Below, one piece after another: positions 22,076 to 28,582 of a stretch of 28,582 nucleotides of DNA. A model generated the notes under the pieces. The model saw only the letters and a list, made by a program, of their open reading frames with translations, did no database searches and had not been told where the DNA came from. Within the stretch, counting starts at the first letter, position 1; each line of letters opens with the position of its first letter. The stretch is from Anthoceros angustus (Eukaryota > Plantae > Anthocerotophyta). The DNA is taken from NCBI GenBank assembly GCA_010909165.1, contig VJWM01000374.1, forward strand, positions 1 to 28,582. The letters run 5' to 3'. The translations under genes and the position numbers were made by a program.

Positions 22076-22388
22076 GCTCGAAAGGTAAGCATGTACGAAC
22101 ATGTACCATCGGGCAAGGCGCACTTGTGGGCATAGAGGTGGTACCGCTCACAATAAGAACACTAAAGAAAATGCTAAAGAGCGTGACGTACTAGTATTAG
22201 AGCACTAGCGGCCCCCCTCTCAACTTTTTCCCTCTCCATGCCAGACTGTGTGTAAGGGCTGGGATTAATGGAGTGCGAAGCCGAGTGGCACGCTCCATTT
22301 TGAATGGACGCGCTCATCATGCCCCCACAAAATAACCCCAATCAAATTTAAAATAGCCCTCCCCGCCTCACATTTTGAAGAAAAATGC

Positions 22389-23211
22389 TTTACAACGTAA
22401 TCTACAACAAGGGAATCACGTCATCAATCGTTGTAAATGGCCTCCTATCATATTTTTGTGATTAATAACAATAATAAAGAGTTTAAAAAATAAAGAACAC
22501 ATTTTGAGAAAATTACTTTACAACGTAATCTACAACAAGGAGCCATGTCATCAATCGTAAATGGCCTCCTATCATATTTTTGTGATTAATAATAATAATA
22601 AAGAGTTAAACAAATAAAGAACACATTTTGAGAAAAATGTTTTACAACGTAATCTACAACAAGGGAGCCATGTCATCAATCGCTGTTGTAAATGGCCTCC
22701 AATCATATTTTTGTGATTAATAATAATAATAAAGAGTTTTGAAGAAATAAAGAACAAATTTTGAGAAAAAGGCTTTTACAACGTAATCTACAACAAGGGA
22801 GCCACGTCATCGCATGCTGTTGTAAATGGCTTCCAATCATATTTTTGTGATTAATAATAATAACAAAGAGTTTTGAAGAAATAAAGAACAAATTTTGAGA
22901 AAAAGGCTTTTACAACGTAATCTACAACAAGGGAGCCACGTCATCGCATACTGTTGTAAATGGCTTCCAATCATATTTTTGTGATTAGTGATGTTAATAA
23001 AGATTTTTAGAAAAATAAAGATCAAATTTTGAAAAAAAGGCTTTTACAACGTAATCTACAACGTGCCAGCCATCAATCCGTTGTTGTAAATGAGCACCCA
23101 AAAGAGTGCCACATCATCCAACTAGAAACCCCGTTGTAAACCGAGTCTTAAAACTTGCCACATCAGCGAAACTCAAACCAATTTACAACGGAGGTGTTTA
23201 GACGTTGTAAA
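22389..23211. repeat. CACTA right subterminal tandem repeats (~124-134-bp unit) bearing inverted TTTACAACG/CGTTGTAAA motifs
   Basis: TTTACAACGTAATCTACAAC starts at 22389, 22517, 22641, 22775, 22909 and 23043. Further motif pairs occur at 23182 and 23203. Confidence 0.92.
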
Positions 23212-23264
23212 GATTGGGGGATTTGCAAAAGGGGTTTTGTAAAACACCCCTCTCCCTAGTAGTG

Positions 23265-23979
23265 ATAGCTTCAGCTGATTTTGGTACCAGTTGCATCTTG
23301 TGCTGCGCCTCTTCTCGGCCCTCCGTATGCTGGACAAACCCTAGCAACCGTTCCAATTGGCTTTCCTCATCAGTTAAATGTCCGTCCATCATGACTCGGA
23401 GCATCGGTACCTCAAATTCCACTGGCATAACCGGCGAATGCCCATAGGTTAAGTAATACGGAGTTCGTTGCGTGGTCACCTTCTCCGCCGTCTTGAAAGC
23501 CCACCGCAGCTGGTAGTATCCTATGCGCGTTAACCGTAAGCTTATTTAGGATGCGACAGATAAGTCCGTTGGTCTTCTCCGTTAACCCATTGGCCTTCGG
23601 GTTGTATGGTGCCGCCTTGCGATGAGTTATGCGAAATAGTCCGTCATTGCGTATCACATCATTGAGGAAATGAGTTCCCCTATCGCTACCAACCGCAGCG
23701 GACACCAGCAGGATGATGTTCTCATAGAGGAACTTGCCATCGTGCTTGTAGAGTCTGGCCCTTGTGTGCCTCCACCCACCGTGCGAGTCTGCTGCCAAGA
23801 TGTACCTCTTCGTGTGCTTCATCAGAGGTCAGTATCCAACGTCGATACCCATTTATTTTGAACGCTAGTGCCATTATGGGCACCAGCGGCCATTGGGTCG
23901 TTGGGGTAGGCTTCCCGATCCGCTGACAAGCATCACACCGCTTTAAAAACTTGTGCGTCTCCCCAAACATAGTGGGCCA
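23265..23979 (-). pseudogene. Integrase fragment of a different Ty3/gypsy family, cut by the CACTA end on the left and element 2 on the right
   Basis: WPTMFGETHKFLKRCDACQRIGKP, SDRGTHFLN, HRKAAPYNPKANGLTEKTN, TPYYLTYGHSPVMPVEFEVP. Confidence 0.9.
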
Positions 23980-24746
23980 TGTCGCGCCACAGCCGCATAG
24001 CAGGCATGGACATACATGTTATGTCATCAAAAAGTTTCAACCACTTCCTACGGGACTCCGTGACCCACACCCTTAACTATATGAGCTGTCACTACCTCCG
24101 TATCACAACGCTTGTCAATGGCAAAAATCCACTCCGTTTGTAATGGTTCTCCTCCTATACACACCCATTTACCGAATCACACACAAGATCTGTAAAACGC
24201 TTGGGATGCATGCATTTGTTCTCTTGAATCAGACATCAACAATCCGCTCCCAATGACGGATTGTTGGATTTATAGCCTACGCCGCGCGATCTTAATCACC
24301 GGCCCAAGAAGGCTGTGACCACGCCCGCACGCGCCGGAAGATCTTCGCCGCTGAGCCTTAATTACGCTTGTCCGTATTCTGATCGTATGGCTCATGTAGC
24401 CATGATGCCATCCTACCTCTATACTCATGCCATGCATCACGCCATCACATTCACAGTATTCGCATGCAGTCATGATTCATGCACCTCTTATCCCTACGCA
24501 CTTATATTGGACACACACACGTCATCACACCCAAACCCTACCTGCCTATCCATACCTCTACATGCCATGATACCGCCCGCCGCATGCATGGACGACATGT
24601 TATGTCATCAAAAGTTTCAACCACTTCCTCGGGACTCGTGACCCACACCCTTAACTACATGAGTTGTCACTTCACTGACGCCACAATGGCCCCGCCAAAG
24701 TTGCTGCTCAAGAACTGGTTGCGCTGTGTAGGCACCACTTTGGCAC

Positions 24747-25578
24747 TTATATGCCATAGAATCGTCGATAAAATCTCCGGAACATGCCCTAAGCTCGTGG
24801 CTCGACGGTTTGTCATGCTCCATTCTTCCGTATAACAACGCCACACGCCCGATCTTCCGGGTCAAAATACTCATCCACTGCGCTTTGCCCAACCGCACGC
24901 CTTTGCTCGATGTCGGGCCATGAGCTCCTCTTCTTCATCATCACCGCTGGGTTTCACTCTAGGCGTGCGCTCAAACCCATTCACATAATCTTGCGATGCA
25001 CCGAGCCCTAAGAAAATCCCCACATTGTCATTGACTGCATACCAAGATTCCAAAGTGGCCTCATCCCATTCCAACACTCCTGTGCAAGGCAAGCAAACAC
25101 CCTATAAAAAGCTCGTGGGTAACCAATGGCAAAACGCCCGCTTTCTCTCTATGTAAATGACTTAGCCACACTTTCGGACTTCTCGTCAATCACCGGCTTC
25201 TCCTTGTGCACATCGTGAACCCTTCGGCCAATGATCAAACACCGATGCATGACAGATGATGTTCCAATTTTCTAATGCCCCTCACAAGAACTCAGTCCAT
25301 ACGGCTTTGCCTGCTCATGCCCCTCGCTCGCCACCTCAAAAAGATCCCGATGATCATAAGGAAAACTTTCAATGTTGCAGGTCTCATGATGTGATTCTAC
25401 ATACAGCAAAAATGCTTGTAACTCCAGAAATGTCTCGGTCGTTCTCGGCTTGCCGGTGATATTTCCTTACCAAAGGCGTCTTCCATTTGTCTTCCCATGG
25501 TCTGTCTGAAAACTGTGGAACACTAGTGCTCATTCTGCGAAAACACGACTTGCAAGTGTGGTCCGCTTCCATATCCAT
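24747..25578 (-). pseudogene. Second copy of the conserved extra ORF (frameshifted)
   Basis: MDMEADHTCKSC...PWEDKWKTPLVRKY, ETFLELQAFLLYVESHHETCNIESFPYDHRDL, TGVLEWDEATLESWYAVNDNVGI, EEEELMARHRAK, ending MFRRFYRRFYGI*. Confidence 0.7.
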
Positions 25579-26410
25579 GTTAGCACTGTTAAGCCCAATG
25601 GGAATCCTTCACTTGATACTCTCACAATTGGAGGACGGATACCTTCAGTTGTTGGTCGAACAATCAAATGGATTGATTTGATTTTGAGATGACTGCTCAT
25701 TCCGACTCAAGCGAAAGTGTCAAGCTTGCCAATCAACACATGCCCGATTGAAATGAATCCCAACTTTGTCTCACGGCAAGTGGCTTGCCGCTTATGCAAA
25801 GAGATCATTATGCACGCTCCTTTGCTCGTGCCCGGATGCTTGGCGCCGCAAACACCCTAGCACTTGCTCTTCACGTCTCGCTTCCGTGGTATCTCCTCAC
25901 CGCTCTCACTTGAGTCGCAGGGTCCCTATCCACAACCTACAATACATATGCACCGCAACAACTGGATGATCACCGGCGCTCCAACTACATGATGCTCCAT
26001 GCTTTATTGCTCCTTCCCGCGCAATAATCGCTGTTGATGAACCGAATCAGCCGCCTTCCTTATTCCTCCACACGCGTGCCGCAATTGGCCTCCTCCCTGA
26101 CATGCACTGTGACAATTCACTGTCGCTTACCTTCCATGCACCGCCCACGATGATCGATGCACTCAACACCACCAATTTCCCCAAGCAAATCGCCGACCTT
26201 CTCCAAAGAACAATCCTCCTCCCCGCTAGTTCTTTGTTTACACTGTACTTCTCGCCTTGCCGCTACATCAGACGCCTCACACAACCCGGTATGTATTAAA
26301 TAAGTAACGGGCTTTTATAGGCCTACCTTCTTATTGACGCCTTCGACACCCACACCGTGAGTGCGTGCTTTACTTAGCCCCCATTTCCTTCGCCCTAACT
26401 TTTCCATTAT

Positions 26411-26546
26411 ACACTTGTGACAAATTCTCCTTCTCCGAATTGCCTTCAATGGTACGAAGACAAAAGACATGATGTCCTTGGTTGCATTGATCACATAATA
26501 GCATCGCTCAGATCGCTGATTTTGACCATGTATTCGCATGGCAGTC
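26411..26546 (-). pseudogene. PHD finger of element 2
   Basis: MLLCDQCNQGHHVFCL in one frame, then LKAI....ICHKC in the next. Confidence 0.75.
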
Positions 26547-26599
26547 AACAGTGGCTTCCATGCGCGTTGTATCAAGATCTGGCATGGGGCCGATGTCGA

Positions 26600-27260
26600 T
26601 GTGTTCCTTTGCATCGGCTACCATCTTGCCCTTCCAACTCGATGACCCCTTGCTCACCAACGCTCACCACTGCAAAATTAACTCCTGCGGCTCACGTCCA
26701 AAGTGCCGAAGGACGATGTTGAAGATACAAGTCACCTACTGAACTTCCGCCTTTGGCTTCCATGATCCTCCTCGTGAATGCGCCTCACCGATCTCTTGTT
26801 GCGATAGCGATTGTCCATTGCCATGGGTATCACTCGCTGTAACAACTTGGCCCTATTTCGTAACCTCGAGCAACATTCATTCACATTTTGTGTCCAATCC
26901 ATCGTTTGGAATACGTGTCACCACTATGTTGGGTAACACAAGATTCCCGCCAAACATGATATAATAAGGAGGTTGCTGTGGCCGCTCAGACATGATTCTC
27001 AGGCCCAAGGCAACATACGGTAGCAACTCATCCCAACAATTAGGCTCGACTGCGGCAAGATTTAAGAGCATCCTTGAAAGTTTGCACCAGCCTTTCGCCA
27101 AACCGTCATCCCTCGAGGATGGTCCCGGATGTGCGCCCTCGCGATCTATCAAACTCCGATCTAACAACGCTTGGAACTCACCGAATTCATTTCCTTGATC
27201 GCCAACATCTCCGCATGCCTTCCATACCCGGCCAAAACACAGCTGTAGGAAGCCCGTGCG
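26600..27260 (-). pseudogene. Integrase core and C-terminus of element 2
   Basis: DQGNEF, CWDELLPYVALG, PPYYIMFG, ELEGQDGSRCKEH; collinear with 2800-3500. Confidence 0.9.
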
Positions 27261-27781
27261 TGAGCGTGAAGTCCTCGAAGCCTCCTGCCTCACGCCCCCG
27301 AGTTCTCCGGGCCTGCCTACCGCTTTAACGTTTGCTCACGCCGATTTGAGCAAGGGTCCCTGCGCTCGTCCCCGCACACCACCACACGTTAGGGTCGTCA
27401 CGTGACTGGACCGCCTCTCGAGTCGTGCTTGCTGCTGACTCGGGACTCACGTTAGCAAGAAGACGCACAAGGGTCCTGCAAGGAAACGCGGGTGATCAAC
27501 ACAAGAGAAAGATACTTTACTAGAGCAACTTCGCCCCTCTTATACTACGCCCAAGGTCATGCCTTTATTACACTCCTATTCGAGCGGGTGGCACTCGGTG
27601 CCCCAATCACCGCCTACCATCTTCACGCCCCCTATCTCCGCTGGCCGGGCGGTGGGCCTGGGAATGCCCTTGGTTCCGCGCCGATGACCCCACCTTGCTC
27701 TGCTGCGGGCGCACCCAATCGGATGATCCGCGAGGCGGGACCCTTCCCTTCCCGAGACCTCGCGTTAGTCACGGTCCGACA
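27261..27781 (-). repeat. Possible LTR of another retroelement truncating element 2
   Basis: Minus strand starts TGTCGGACC (27781), with a purine-rich GGAGAGGAGGATGGTGG ~10 nt upstream and a TATAAG box near 27539-27544. No second copy is in the window and the left boundary is unresolved. Confidence 0.4.
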
Positions 27782-28582
27782 ACCGCGGTAACCACCATCC
27801 TCCTCTCCTGGCCTTCGAGTGGGTCCCCGCCTGTAGGGACCACTCTATTGACCGCCTCCCGAGCACGCCGGGAATCCTCTCCCGAGTCCGGACCTCGGGT
27901 CCGGCCTCGACTCCGGGTCCGATCGGAGTCGGTCTTATTTCCAGTCCGACCTCGTGGTCCGGCTCCCGGGTTCGGACCTCAAGGTCCGACTCCATACTGT
28001 GGTCCGGCCCTCAAGTCCGGACTTCAATCTTGACCCATCGTTAGGGGCCTGTCTCGCCACCGGCCCCTTCCCTCGGGTCCGGCTATCCTCCTCACCTCGG
28101 GCCCTTGTCCCTATCCTCCCCGTCATTGCGGCGGACTTACCTCAAGGTCACATGGCCGGCCCCGCCTCCTCGAGGCTCTTTCCACCGCTGCCTCATCACC
28201 AAACAAGGCCACCAAGGCCCCAGCGCTGTCCCCATGCCCTTCTTCCCCTTCCACTCCCTCTGACCCTTCCAGGTCCGGCCTGCAAGGGCACCAGAAGCTT
28301 CCAACGCCTTGAGGAGCTCGGCGTGGTAGTAGGCAAAATCCGAGTCGATTTGTTGGATTGCCTCCTCCACATGCGCCCGGAAAGCACCCGATACCCTTCG
28401 CCATAGGTGCTCTCCAGCTGATGTCCGGCTTGCCGTCCGCCTCCGCTGTGTCCTCGGATGTCTCCTCCTCTTTCTCCGAGACCTCCACTCCTCGTCCTCC
28501 TCTTAGAGGACTCCTCCTCCTCGGAATCCAGAACTCCTTCTTCTTCTTCTTCTTGCCCCCCACAGGTAGATTTCTTCTTCCT
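27782..28582 (-). other. GC-rich, low-complexity coding-like fragment (K/R/E/G/P-rich), probably the 3' internal region of that retroelement
   Basis: Overlapping open frames at 27765-28563 and GGTCCGGA-type short repeats; no recognised domain. Confidence 0.3.

Larger units (their letters stand above)
12326..23264 (+). mobile_element. CACTA (En/Spm) DNA transposon
   Basis: Left end CACTAGTAG (12326); right end CTAGTAGTG (23256-23264). TTTACAACG/CGTTGTAAA motifs cluster inside both ends, and a TnpD-type transposase lies between them. The 3-bp flanks (GCT vs ATA) do not match. Confidence 0.8.
23980..27260 (-). mobile_element. Element 2: 5'-truncated diverged relative of element 1 (integrase-PHD-extra ORF-B1-A2-B2)
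   Basis: TGTC at 23980 abuts the interrupted integrase. The integrase, PHD and extra ORF are homologous to element 1. Repeat B is present twice (~23992-24122 and ~24579-24690). Confidence 0.85.

Overview
Eukaryotic repeat-rich DNA made almost entirely of nested transposable elements. A plant or charophyte-like host is inferred from the spliced CACTA transposase and the DNMT-bearing Ty3/gypsy element; no host gene was recognised. (1) 385-9672, minus strand: an apparently complete Ty3/gypsy-type retrotransposon with TGTC...GACA termini and a perfect 4-bp target-site duplication (AGGA). Its coding order is gag, aspartic protease, DNMT3-like C5 cytosine methyltransferase, RT, RNase H, integrase, PHD finger, then a conserved ORF of unknown function. 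Its terminal repeats are not ordinary LTRs but split direct repeats (A1 ... B1-A2-B2), an arrangement established for tyrosine-recombinase retroelements (PAT/Ngaro). I do not know of it in DDE-integrase elements. (2) 23980-~27260, minus strand: a 5'-truncated, diverged relative with the same integrase-PHD-extra ORF-B1-A2-B2 end, suggesting a family-level architecture. (3) 12326-23264: a CACTA (En/Spm) DNA transposon with an intron-containing TnpD-like transposase on plus, subterminal TTTACAACG motifs, an acidic tail and several internal tandem arrays. (4) Fragments of other retroelements at 1-384, 9673-12300, 23265-23979 and ~27260-28582. Almost every coding region is broken by 1-bp indels while the motifs stay recognisable, so sequencing error cannot be separated from decay. 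Proteins were reconstructed by eye across frames, and many boundaries are approximate.
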